A stretch of 64,000 bases of DNA from Leucoraja erinacea (lineage: Eukaryota). The notes beneath the pieces were generated by a model. That model was given only the letters and a program-made list of their open reading frames with translations, was not told where the DNA came from and made no database searches. The stretch is taken from assembly GCF_028641065.1 (NCBI RefSeq), contig NC_073393.1:16120001-16184000 (forward strand), written 5' to 3'. Positions 12,088-24,000 of the stretch are shown here, piece after piece (the first letter of the stretch is position 1; each line of letters opens with the position of its first letter). The position numbers and the translations under genes were made by a program.

Positions 12088-13350
12088 TTATGAAGGGGAA
12101 ATCAAGCTTGACTAAACTTCTATAGGTCTAACATTTTTTGGAGGATGTAACAAGTAGAATGGATAAGGGAGGGCAGTGTATGTGGTGTATCTGGACTTTC
12201 AAAAGCCTTTGACAAGGTCCCCCGCAAGAGACTGGTGTGCAAAATTAGAACATGGTACTGGGGGTAGGGTAGGATAGAGAACTTGTTGGCAGACAGTAAG
12301 CAAAGAGTAGGATTTCACAGGTCCTTTTCAGAATGGCAGGCAGTGACTAGTGGGGTGCCGCAAGGCTCGGTGCTGGGCCCCCAGTTATTTACGATATATT
12401 AAAGTTTTGGCCGAGGGAATTAAATGTAACATCTCCACACAAAGCTGGGTGGCAGTGTGATCTGCGAGGAGGATGCTATGATACTGCAGGGTGACTTGGA
12501 TAGGTTGGGGGCGTGGGCTGATGCATGGCAGGTGCTCTGTAATGTAGATAAATGAGTCTTTATCCAATTTGGTGGCGAGAACAGCAATCAGATTATTAGT
12601 TCTGAATGGTGTCAGATTAGGAAAAGGGGAGGTGGAACGAGACCTGGGTGTGCTTGCACATCAGTCACTGAAAGTATGCATGCAGGTACAACAGGCAGTG
12701 AAAAAAGCTAATGGCATGTTGGCTGTTATTGCGAGAGGATTTGAGTTTAGAGGCAAAGAGGTTCTCCTGCAGTTGTTCAGGTCCCCGGTGAGACCGCACC
12801 GGGAGTATTGTGTGCAATTTTGGTCTCCCAATTTGAGGAAGGACGTTATGGCTATAGAGGGAGGGCACCATGGATTCGTTCCCCGGGTTAATTCCCGGAT
12901 GACGGGACTGACATATGATGAAATAATTGGTCGACTGGGTTTATATTTAGAAGGGCGAGAGAGAATCTTCTAAGAAGCATATACCATTCTTAAAGGATTG
13001 GGCAGGTTATATGCAGGAAACATGTTTCTGATGTTCGGAAAGTCCAGAACCAGGGGTCACAGTTTAACAATAAGCGGTGGGCCATTTAGGACTGAGATGA
13101 GGAACAACATTTTCACCCAAAGCGTTATGAATCTGTGGAATTCTCTGCCACAGAAGGCAATGGAGTTCAATTCACTGGATGTTTTCAAGAGAGTGTTAGA
13201 TTTAACTCTTAGAGCTAAAGGAATAAAGGGATAAGGGGAAAACGCAGGAATGGGGTACTGATTTTCGATGATCAGACATGATTATATTTTATGCCGGTGC
13301 TGACTCGAAGGGCCGAATGGCCATCTCCTGCACCTATTTTTCTATGTTTC
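12088..13350 (+). mobile_element. CR1/HER1-type LINE, 5'-truncated, frameshifted RT plus 3' tail
   Basis: ORFs ERDLGVL..QAVKKANGML..RPHREYCVQFWSP and [16 protein letters not shown]; ends GCACCTATTTTTCTATGTTTCTAT. Confidence 0.9.
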
Positions 13351-13984
13351 TATCTTCTCAAACTTCTGTGGAAGTGGAGACATTGCAGAGATTTCTCTGT
13401 GATGACCACAATGTGCCAAGTGAGACGTGGTCAATATTTACCAGTTCGATCAAACACACAAATCCCATGGCTGCCCTGCCAGTTTGCTTCAGGATCCTAG
13501 TATCCTGTGACGATTCATTAGCAACATTACATTCAAATATTCAACGTTACATTTAAAGTGACCATCGTTCTCCACTAACCGTTCCGTTTGATTCCCTGTG
13601 ACCACTGAAAGCACCATGCCTATTTGACTATGATGAAAATACTTTCAATCCGTTGCTTGAACATCATTCCAAAACTCACGTGAGTTTATTGTTGTGGGCA
13701 ATGTTACCTGGCATATCCCATCTGCACAAATTATTAAATGAGCATTTTTGTGTCACGTAGATTTAATCAGCAACTTTCAGTAAATTAAATGAACCCATGC
13801 ATTTGCATTATGATAGGCCTTACTGTCATTTATCATGTCCTATATGCCTTCTGATCATGACACTTTTACGTGCTGATTGGAGTAGAGGAGAGAAAGCCTC
13901 TTCCACTGCACATTCATCCATTCATCTTAGATTCAGTATGTCGATGAGTACTCAGTTTAACCTCTGCAGGTGCCAGGTAGAGGT

Positions 13985-14325
13985 GTTGGAAGGAAGTGCA
14001 GATGCTGGTTTATACCGAGGACATACACAAAAGGCTGGAATAACTCAGTAGGTAGCATCTATGGAGAGGACATGGATGCAAGGATGCAAACAGTGGATCT
14101 ACTAGGACGACAAGGGTGGAGGGGGGGGGGGGGTAGGAATTGAGGTGTTACTTGAAATTAGAACCATCGACATTCATACCACTGGGTTGTAAGCTGCTCA
14201 AGCGAAAAATGAAGTGATTGTGGCTTCCTTCTGAGAAAGGAGGAAGCACAGGACAGAAGGGTCAGGTTGCCAATCGGAAGGGGAGTTAAAATGTTTGGCA
14301 ACTGGGAGATTGCATGACAGATTGT
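13985..14325 (-). mobile_element. Penelope-like retroelement fragment
   Basis: Minus-strand NLPVAKHFNSPSDWQPDPSVL; terminal block GAAGGAAGTGCAGATGCTGG..GGAATAACTCAG shared with 37340 and 59110. Confidence 0.55.
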
Positions 14326-14329
14326 GTTT

Positions 14330-15070
14330 AATCCGAACAAGTGTGAGGTATTGCACTTTGGGAGGCCCGATGTAAGGGGAGAAATATGCAGTCAAAGACA
14401 AGACCCTTAAAACAGCAACTCCCTGAAAACAGCAATAACACTTGATAGAGTGTAAAGAATGCGTATGCTATGCGTGCCTTCGTCCGTCCCGGCATTGAAT
14501 ATAAGTGGCAGAATGTCATGTCGCAGCTTGACGAAACATTGTTTAGGCTGCATTTAGAACACTGTGTGCATTTCCAGCCACCCCGATACAAGAAGGACGT
14601 GAAGACTTTTGAAAAGGGGCAGGAGGGCCACTAAGATTATTCGTGGACTATCGGTTATTAGCTATAACGAGAGGTTGGAAAGGCTGGATTGTTTTCTCTG
14701 GAGCGTCGGGGGCTGAATGGATGACTGATAGATGTCTGCAATATTATAAGAGGCATAGATTGGGTAGATTATCCGGATGTTGTTCCTAGGGTGGAAAAAC
14801 TAAACCCCGAGAGCATAGCGTTAACGGGAGAGGAAGAAAGTTCAAAGAAGATGTGCGTGGCTGATTTTATTTTTAACAGAGTGGTAGGTACCTGAACCGC
14901 GGCCAGGGTTGGTGGTGGGGCCAGATACGAAGGCAGCGTTTCAAGAGGGTTTTAGAAATCCGTATGAATAGGCAGAGATCGGAAGAAAGTGGACCATGTC
15001 CAGTCAAAAGGGATTCGTTTAATTTGGTATCATGTTCGGCATAACAACGATGGGCCGAAGGGCCCATTCT
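14330..15070 (+). mobile_element. Old degenerate CR1-type LINE 3' part
   Basis: AAGTGTGAGGTATTGCACTTTGG (KCEVLHFG), TGTGTGCATTTC.., and terminal ATGGGCCGAAGGGCC. Confidence 0.65.
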
Positions 15071-18000
15071 TTAAAACCGCGCATGCATAGATTGGTCTCC
15101 TTTCCTGTCAGTCACCCGGGGCGGCGGCGCCCAGACTGGTACGGCGACGTCCCTTCCGGCGCACCATCGCCGCACTGATTGGCCGTCTCCTCTGTCACGA
15201 TAAAGCTGAAGGAGCGGAGCGAGCAGTGTTTGTGCATCAGTGGAGTGCGGAGCGGCCCAAAGCCTGTCTGACTGCGAGGCCCACTGCTGCAACCTCTAGA
15301 CCTTGCGGAAGTGAGGAGGGAGAGTGGTGGATTGAGGGAGACGGGCACAGGTGGGGCCAGGGCTGGGCGCTGGGTGCTGGAGGGTCATTCCCCCCACAAC
15401 CCTTCCCCCGTCCATCCCCATCCTTTTGCATCCCACCCCCCTCAGCGGCAGTCCACGTCAGCGGCAGCAGTAGGCCACGGTAGAGGCATGCCATGGCAGC
15501 GGTAGGCCATAGCAGCGCCCCCTCCCCCACCAGCCCCCGCTGGCCCTCACCTGAAGCCACCCCACTCCATGGGCCGCTGAACGATCCTACCGGCCCTCCC
15601 TGAAACCATTCCCATCCTCACCTGCAGGGCACTCCCCCCCCCCCCCCCCCCCCCCCCCCCAGGTCAACCGACCCCCACCGGAACGATCCCCACGTGTCCC
15701 TGCCTGAAGCCGGTGGGTCGCGCCAGCAGTAGGCCATGACAGCAATAGGCCATGACAGCAATAGGCCATAAACAGAGGAAACATAGAAATTAGGTGCAGG
15801 AGTAGGCCATTCGGCCCTTCGAGCCTGCACCGCCATTCAATATGATCATGGCTGATCATCCAACTCAGTGTCCCGTACCTGCCTTCTCTCAATACCCCCT
15901 GATCCCCTTAGCCACAAGGGCCCACATCTAACTCCCTCTTAAATATAGCCAATGAACTGGCCTCAACTACCCTCTGTGGCAGAGAGTTCCAGAGATTCAC
16001 CACTCTCTGTGTGAAAAAAGTTCTTCTCATCTCGGTTTTAAAGGATTCCCCCCCTTATCCTTAAGCTGCGACCCCTTGTCCAGGACTTCCCTAACATCGG
16101 GAACAATCTTCCTGCATCTAACCTGTCCAACCCCTTAAGAATTTTGTAAGTTTCTATAAGATCCCCTCTCAATCTCCTAAATTCTAGAGAGTATAAACCA
16201 AGTATATCCAGTCTTTCTTCATAAGACAGTCCTGACATCCCAGGAATCAGTCTGGTGAACCGTCTCTGAACTCCCTCTATGGCAATAATGTCCTTCCTCA
16301 GATTTGGAGAACAAAACTGTACGCAGTACTCCAGGTGTGGTCTCACCAAGACCCTGTACAACTGCAGTAGAACCTCCCTGCTCCTATACTCAAATCCTTT
16401 TGCTATGAAAGTCAACATACCATTCGCTTTCTTTACTGCCTGCTGCACCTGTATGCCTACCTTCAATGACTGGTGTACCATGACACCCAGGTCTCGCTGC
16501 ATCTCCCCCTTTCCCAATCGGCCACCATTTAGATAATAGTCTGCTTTCCCGTTCTTGCCACCAAAATGGATAACCTCACATTTATCCACATTATACTGCA
16601 TTTGCCCACTCACCCAGCCTATCCAAGTCACCTTGCAGTCTCCTAGCATCCTCCTCACAGCTAACACTGCCCCCCAGCTTAGTGTCATCCACAAACTTGG
16701 AGATATTGCCTTCAATTCCCTCATCCAGATCATTAATATATATTGTAAATAGCTGGGGTCCCAGCACTGAGCCTTGCGGTACCCCACTAGTCACTGCCTG
16801 CCATTGTGAAAAGGATCCGTTTACTCCTACTCTTTGCTTCCTGTTTGCCAGCCAGTTCTCTATCCACATCAATACTGAACCCCCAATGCCTTGTGCTTTA
16901 AATTTGTATACTGTACTAATCTCTTATGTGGGACCTTGTCGAAAGCCTTCTGGAAGTCCAGATACACCACATCCACTGGTTTTTTCCCCCCTATCCACGC
17001 TACTAGTTACATCCTCGAAAAATTCTATAAGATTCGTCAGACATGATTTACCTTTCGTAAATCCATGCTGACTTTGTCCAATGATTTCACCACTTTCCAA
17101 ATGTGCTGCTATCCCATCTTTAATAACTGACTCTAGCAGTTTCCCCACTACCGATGTTAGACTAACTGGTCTGTAAATTCCCCATTTTCTCTCTCCCTCC
17201 CTTCTTAAAATGTGGGGTTACATTTGCTACCCGCCAATCTTCAGGAACTACTCCAGAATCTAAAGAGTTTTGAAAGATTATTACTAATGCATCCACTATT
17301 TCTGGAGCTACTTCCTTAACTACTCTGGGATGCAGCCTATCTGGCCCTGGGGATTTATCGGCCTTTAATCCATTCAATTTACCCAACACCACTTCCCGGC
17401 TAACCTGGATTTCACTCAATTCCTCCAACTCCTTTGACCCGCGGTCCCTGCTATTTCCGGCAAATTATTTATGTCTTCCTTAGTGAAGACGGAACCAAAG
17501 TAGTTATTCAATTGGTCCGCCATAACAGCGATAGGCTACAGCAGTGGCAGCAGCAGGCAACAGCAGTGGCAGGCACTGCAGCACGACCCCCCACGCCCCG
17601 CACTGGCCCTCGACAGCCCACACCTGAAGCCGTCCCCATCCCTCGGCTGCAGGAGACTCATTGTTTGGGATGAATGCCCAATCATTAGGAGGGAGAGCTT
17701 TGAAGCGGTGGACAAAACTCTTCAAGATGTAAACACCAACACTAAGCCTTTTGGCGGCATTCTTACCATTTGTTGTGGCGATTTTTGACAAATCCTTCCT
17801 GTAGTGAAAAGGGGAAATGATGCTGATGTTGAAAATTCCTGCATCAAGAAATCCGACGTGGAGACTTTTTACCAAGTTTCAATTGCAGACGAATATGCGA
17901 TTGAGAGAGGGAGAAGACGACTATTCTCAATTTTTGTTGAAAGTTGGAGAAGACGAGATTTTAAAGAATGAAGACGATGAAATTGAAATGCCAGAAGACA

Positions 18001-19378
18001 TGGTTCTATCAGCAAAAACACTGGAGGATTGTATTGATTTCATCTATCCCGCATTTGACATCCTGCAGAATTATTCTCCGACAATTGTATCCTGGTTCCG
18101 CACAATGATACAATGAGAAACATCAATTCTACATGTATCTATCAGACGCTTCCCTGAAATCATTAAGGAGTATTTTCTTTCATTGCTGTCACTTAGGGAA
18201 CTATTGCTACTCACTTCCCAACAGAATTCCTTGATTCACGCGAGATCTCTGGATTACCACCACACAAATTGTAGTTGAAAAAAGAATCTATGATCATGTT
18301 AATGAGAAACGTGGAACCCTCAAAGCTATGCAATTGAATGAGGATGATTGTGGAAGAGTGACACAATAATCTGATTGTTGCAAGAATCAACATGGGAGCC
18401 TTCAAAGATGACATTGTTCTCATTCCGAGGATAATGCTCAATTTGACATTCCCCTTCAGTGGAGCCAATTCCCGATTCTGTCAAGTTTTGCTATGACGAT
18501 CCGTAAAAAGCAAGGACAAACCATGGAGAACGTGTTGATATACCTCGCGAAACTGATATTTCAGCATGGACTACTAATGTGGCTCTTAGCTGAGGAAAGG
18601 TGAAGGAAAATGTCAGAGTATTTCTGAAGGATGGAACATCGACCAAGAATGTTCATTAAACACGTGCTTGGTTGAACGATGACTTCTGAGTTAATTCTCA
18701 GATTTTCTTCATGTTAAAGTTTGACCATTCAATAATGTCTCTATATTAAAACTGTGTCTTTTTTTCATCAACAGCAAAGCGACATTGAGACGCAGTGAGC
18801 AACAAAACGGAACAAGAGATGCAGCAAGAACTGACCTCAATAAATCTCATCTTTAACTTTAAAATTGTTGTTATATTTTAAGAGTTATTAACATTTTAAG
18901 CTTTAATAAATCCCTTTTCCACTTGCCGTGCCCATCAGCTGCGCATGCGCAGTAATAACTGCGTGTTCTACGTCAATGGGAACCCTATGGGCGGGAATGG
19001 CTGTACCGTCGGAGAGCTGCTAAGAGTGGATGGAGGGATTGAGGGGGGGGTGGAGTGAGTGCAAGGAGGGCGGGTGAAGGGCAAGTGGGGGGAGGGGAGG
19101 GGGGGGGGGATTGAGGGGAGGGAGGGGGTGCAAGAGGGGAGGTGGAGGGAGTGTGGGGAGGAGGAGGGGGGTTGAGGGGGAAGGAGGGTGAGGGGAGGTG
19201 GAGTGAGTGTGCGGAGGGGGGTGGAGGGGGTGGGGGGGGGGGGGGGGTGAGGGGGGGGTTGAGGGGGGATCGGAGGGGGGGGGGACAACGGGAACCCGTC
19301 AGCCGTGCCTGCGCAGTTGCGGGGCTATGGGTGAGTGGTGGAATATTGCGTTGGGGGACCAGGCCTCCCGCGCGACAC
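15071..19378 (+). mobile_element. Helitron remnant with pseudogenised PIF1-like helicase, interrupted by a LINE (15778-17520)
   Basis: 17648-18670 translates, with stops and shifts, to LIVWDECP..FEAVDKTLQD..KPFGG..GDF*QILPVV, LQTNMRL, PTEFLDS..SGLPPHKL, IMLMRN, VLIPRI, FAMTIRKKQGQT. These are Helitron helicase motifs. Outer boundaries approximate; no CTAG terminus seen. Confidence 0.75.
15778..17520 (-). mobile_element. Young CR1/HER1-type LINE (RT domain and 3' tail), nested in the Helitron
   Basis: Minus-strand ORFs [68 protein letters not shown]; tail AAACATAGAAA at 15779. Confidence 0.95.
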
Positions 19379-20123
19379 ATGGCTGGCAACATTTAATACA
19401 AATGTTAAGCCAATTTCAATACCAAAACCTGTTCTTCCAGAACAACAATTACCCTTGATGAGCTGCCCCTGAAACTCCAAACTTTGTGGCGATTGGATAA
19501 AGACACGTGACTCCAATTTAAATCTAATTTTCCTAATCCATATATGCACTCCCACGTTTTCACCGAACATAATTACACTGTCATCAAATTAATTTTTATA
19601 TTAATGGGGAAGTGATGCACCCTCGGGTTATCCTCCTACGTTCCAGTGCAGTTGTGACATTATGCATTTATTTCGGTGCCGCGAATTTCTTTGTCCGGTT
19701 TGAGCCAATGTGTATTTCATAACAAGCATTTCATAATACATCGAGTCATTGATGGCTTTGAAAGACAAATATTTTAGGTAAGTGAAAATATACTCGGTAT
19801 TAAAATTTGCGTAATTGTCGTTTTCTTACAAGGCATCATTTAGCGGCAACATATCACAAGCGGTCTTTGCGAGGTTTTGATCAAAACACAACAGCAAGTT
19901 GTAAAGAGCGAGAGCAGAATTTAAGTTGCAGCCTCTGGAAAAAAATGGACAATTTATGCAAAATAATATCCTGTGATGAAAATTATCCGTTCACTTCCCA
20001 GGATCGTAGGTGTAATAGAGATCACCAATTCTTAAAATGGCTGCAATAAACGATTATGAACCATACTACAAAACCTAATTCATTACTAATCTACAGCAGC
20101 GGCATGCATTTAGATTCTGGGCC

Positions 20124-20188
20124 TCACACATTTATTGAGCTGTTTTCATCTGCATTCACTGCGCCGAAGTTTTCTTTGTTTTGCGAAG
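20124..20188 (-). CDS. Candidate alternative terminal exon of gene B (ASQNKENFGAVNADENSSINV*)
   Basis: CTGCAG acceptor, phase 1. Aligns without gaps to the 21181 exon (TGA..ACA, CAATAAATGT at the same offsets), with Tyr replaced by Asn. Confidence 0.25.
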
Positions 20189-20478
20189 CTGCAGATATAT
20201 CACATCGTATATTCCACTAGTTATAGTCTGGAAAGTAATCAAATACCATCCGTTAATTCATTAACACGCATGACGAAAGACAAAATTGCCACGAATTTAT
20301 CAATTACCACCTTCAGTTTTTTTAAAGGCAAATACTAATTTTGAATGTCTGCGTATCACCGACTATGCCAGTATTGACAGTCATCCACAATTGCCCTTCA
20401 GAATTTAGACTTGGTCTATATTTGTGCACCCTAGTGGGTGAAAGGGAAGTACAGTATTGCAGTTCACCCATGCACCTG

Positions 20479-20612
20479 CTACACTTCGTTCTTGTGCTGC
20501 TTTAAAGCGCAGGTTCCGAGGGGGCGGGTATATTTTAAATAGCTTAGGAGAGTAACTCTATTGTATTCGTCGATAGGATTCTCTGCACTCACTGCATCTT
20601 GTGGTGGAAGAG
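20479..20612 (-). CDS. Candidate alternative terminal exon of gene B (ALPPQDAVSAENPIDEYNRVTLLSYLKY...)
   Basis: TTCAG acceptor, phase 1, own stop. VSAEN..DEY parallels LSATN..SDY of the 21181 exon; QDAVS parallels QSAVT of the gene A 3588 exon. Confidence 0.25.
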
Positions 20613-21059
20613 CTGAATGTTTAGGATTCAGCAGGACCATTTTAATTGGATGGTGATTCACTTCGTGGGAAATGCGGATAGTGCCGTCTTCCAGGCAACT
20701 GGAAAGTACATAACCGCACGCCAAATTCCTTTGTTTAGATGTTGGAAGGGTCTTAATATTAGGAGTTGTTTTTAATTTGCCAAATGAATGTAACCAATAG
20801 CTAGTTGTTGTAGCCATGGTATCTCTTGGACTATTTCGGTTGAAAATCTGGTCAGTAATTAACCCCCAGAATATTAATCGTCATAGTCTCGACCTGCTAT
20901 GCTATTGAATACCAATTCTTTCTTGTTGGAAATAATCATTGTCTGGCATTGTTATGATATGAATGAGGCCGGCTCATTTAGATTGTATATCTCTGTTATT
21001 TCCTCCGTTTTCTTTTTTGATTTGATAGAAGCGACTCTTGACTAACAATAGTTCCTTAT

Positions 21060-24000
21060 TTAAATGCAAAACAAAGTTCGCGTGAATGTTGATGTCTCTT
21101 GGTGTCTCTTTTGTTTGGAGACATTTATTGCAATGTAATCACTTTGAATATTTGTAGCCGATAATTGACTGTTAGTTTGACCTGCAGAACACATGACAGT
21201 ATTTCTAAGGCTGTAGTTCTTTACCCACATGCAATTTATAGTCAGCATATGGATTGCGGAAATTTGCTGACGCTGTAGAAAATGACAGATAGAAACACGG
21301 TTTATTGTTTTCACATGTCTGGTATTCTGTTGTATAGTCTGATTTGGCACCTCATTTTAGTCTGGTCTCTCTGTCCACTGCCTATTGTGTACATCTATTT
21401 ATGAGCACTGAATGGAAATGTTTTCTGTTGCTTAACTGACGATTGCCATTGCGTCTTGCGCTCCAAAATTAGCTTCACGTTAGGCTACCTGTTTCAATCC
21501 TCTTACATCACTGATATTCATCTGACGATATGTAAAAATTCCTCAGACATATCTTGCTCGAAAAGCATGGCAATTACAATCGGCTAAAGGCCGCTCAATC
21601 CGACCAGTTCCAATGATCAGTCAAGAGTGGAAGACATAATCAAGGTTGCTATCAAGTAGCACTTGCTCACCAATAATTTCTCAGCGCTACTCAATTTCGG
21701 TCTTCCTAAAATGATGCTGCTCCACTATTTGGTCGACAAATTGACCAGAATTCCCACAGATTACATGATATTAATTACATATTCCACCAAGTAAGGTGAT
21801 TTAAGGTCTTAATGCAATCTATAAGTTTGCTAAAAATTGCGGATGCATGGGCATATCCAAGGTTGGAACTTATCTCAAGTATAGAAACTGGTGGTCAGGG
21901 ACAAATGCCTCACATGTAAAATTACTGTTCCAAGTACTCTTCACATTAAGGCAGCATTTGACTAACTGTGGAAATAGGAAGCCCCCGAAAAATGGAATTC
22001 ACTGGGCATCAAAGTGAACAATCGATAGTTAGTTTACCTCTTACAGGAAACAATATGGTTGTGGTTGTTGGAGTTCCCAGCCTGGAACATCTCCTTCGAT
22101 GTTCTCCAATGCAACATCCTATGGGCAGCCACCTTAAGCTCCTTTATCAAAACATGTTGCTGCAATGCTAAGGTCATAACTGGGTATGTTAGATGATGAT
22201 TGCACAAAGCTCTGTTCCATTTGGAATGTTTCAGCAGACACGGGACGACGTACCCACGCCTCAGACCATCCTTGAGCGGATTTGCTGGCTTTACCTTGCA
22301 TTAAAGGTTATTCCCTTATCATGTATCTATGCACTGCAATTGGATCGATTGTAATCATGTATTGTCTTTCTGCTGACTGGTGAGCACGCAACGAAAGCTT
22401 TTTCACTGTACCTCAGTACACGTGACAATAAACTAAACTAAACTTGAACAGCATTTCCATCTCGGCTGATAAGTGACTTTCATATTCAGCCTTTCAAGAA
22501 GACACCCCATTTTCTTTTACGCGGTGGCCCTACCAGTAATGCCTTCATCCAGAAAACGTGTAAAAGAAAAGTACTTAAAACTGATGCTTCATATCGACCT
22601 AGTTGGATAAATGCAAATAATATTCCTAAGGGCGGATCTGATACGGTTAGCTGCAAGTTTTAACTGCAAGTTTTAACTGCAATTATAGAATATAGGAGTG
22701 TTTTCCTTCTATATACTGTTCTACGATATTTAGAAGATAAATTACATATATTTTAATTGCTGAATCTAATACTTCGGCTACGACTCCAATACTCCATTCC
22801 TTTATTCAAATATGAATGTAAATAGAATTTTATGCTTACCCGTTTTTCACTCGATTTGCTTCCATGTAATTTCTAATAACGCCTTGGAACAGAAAAGAAA
22901 ATCATTTAAAATAAAAATGCCCAGTTAAAATGAACTTACTCCTTTGATACTAATTGCAGTTATTCTCTAAAGTCTGTCTGGAGATGTTTATGTCAAATTG
23001 ATGTAATATTTTTTCTGGTGCACTACACTCCTACACTCTCCTGTTCCTTGACTATACTACCCTCAATTTAATGGATCTTGACGTGAACCAAATTGCGTAA
23101 AACCGATAGCGTATCAATAGCCTGGTTATCTCTCACAATTACAATTAAAATCAAGATCAAACAGACGATACCAGATGGTCAATAAGTTAACAACTGTTAC
23201 AAATCATTAGCGAAAATCAAGCTTCAAATTATTACTTTATGCTGTTTGATCTGCTGGTGAATTCATATCTACAAAGTGTAAAATATGATTAATTTCAGGT
23301 AAAATTGCAATCTTGATGTGCGATAGATTGGTGAATAATTCGAATAGCGAGGCGAAATGTTTTCACTACAAGTTATAGTTTAAATTTCATAATGAATGAT
23401 CAATCAGATAGAGCTTTGAAAATCACGTATCTTTCTTAATGATCACTATGTTAACATTTGAATTTACAAATGTAAACATTTGTTGCAACAGACAGCGCTC
23501 TTACCATTTAATGGTTTGTACATTAGTTCTGCAAAAATTATTAACAGAGCTATCAATGCCAATCCGCCCTGCACACACGTGAGAATCAAGATAATGGAAT
23601 TGGGATCTACAAGAACAAAATATTAAAAAGTTAAAAAATATATGCATATGTAAGTACGTACATAAATAGTGCACGAGGTAGAGCATTTCAAAGATGTATT
23701 TAAATCCTCACAGCACATAAAATATACAAACAATACCAAATGCACGTTCATGATGGGATTTATGAAGAAAAGCAAATCCCATTCCAAAAGGTCAGCCATT
23801 TTGACGAAAAACGTTTGCTTTTCTATTACAATACCACACCAGGTAATGGAAACCAACCGCAACAAGCCGCGCCAGCCTTCTATATTTCTGGTTGAATACT
23901 GAATATTTGCCTTAACACGTTTTACAGAGAGCGGTTAGCACAATAAGATAACCCAAGACAGGTCATAAGACCCTTAAACACTTAACATATAAAATTGACA

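Noticed and set aside
18968-19458. Pro-rich and Gly-rich ORFs
   Set aside because: By-products of a G-rich low-complexity tract in the Helitron; the same applies to the ORFs at 8001, 29590, 35229 and 53108.
21671-21705. 35-nt AG/GT-bounded segment that would restore frame after the 43-nt exon of gene B
   Set aside because: Contains an in-frame TAG in the required phase.
23792-23898. Possible extra phase-1 exon upstream of the gene B TM exon (soluble form)
   Set aside because: Poor polypyrimidine tract, no counterpart in gene A, no motif support.
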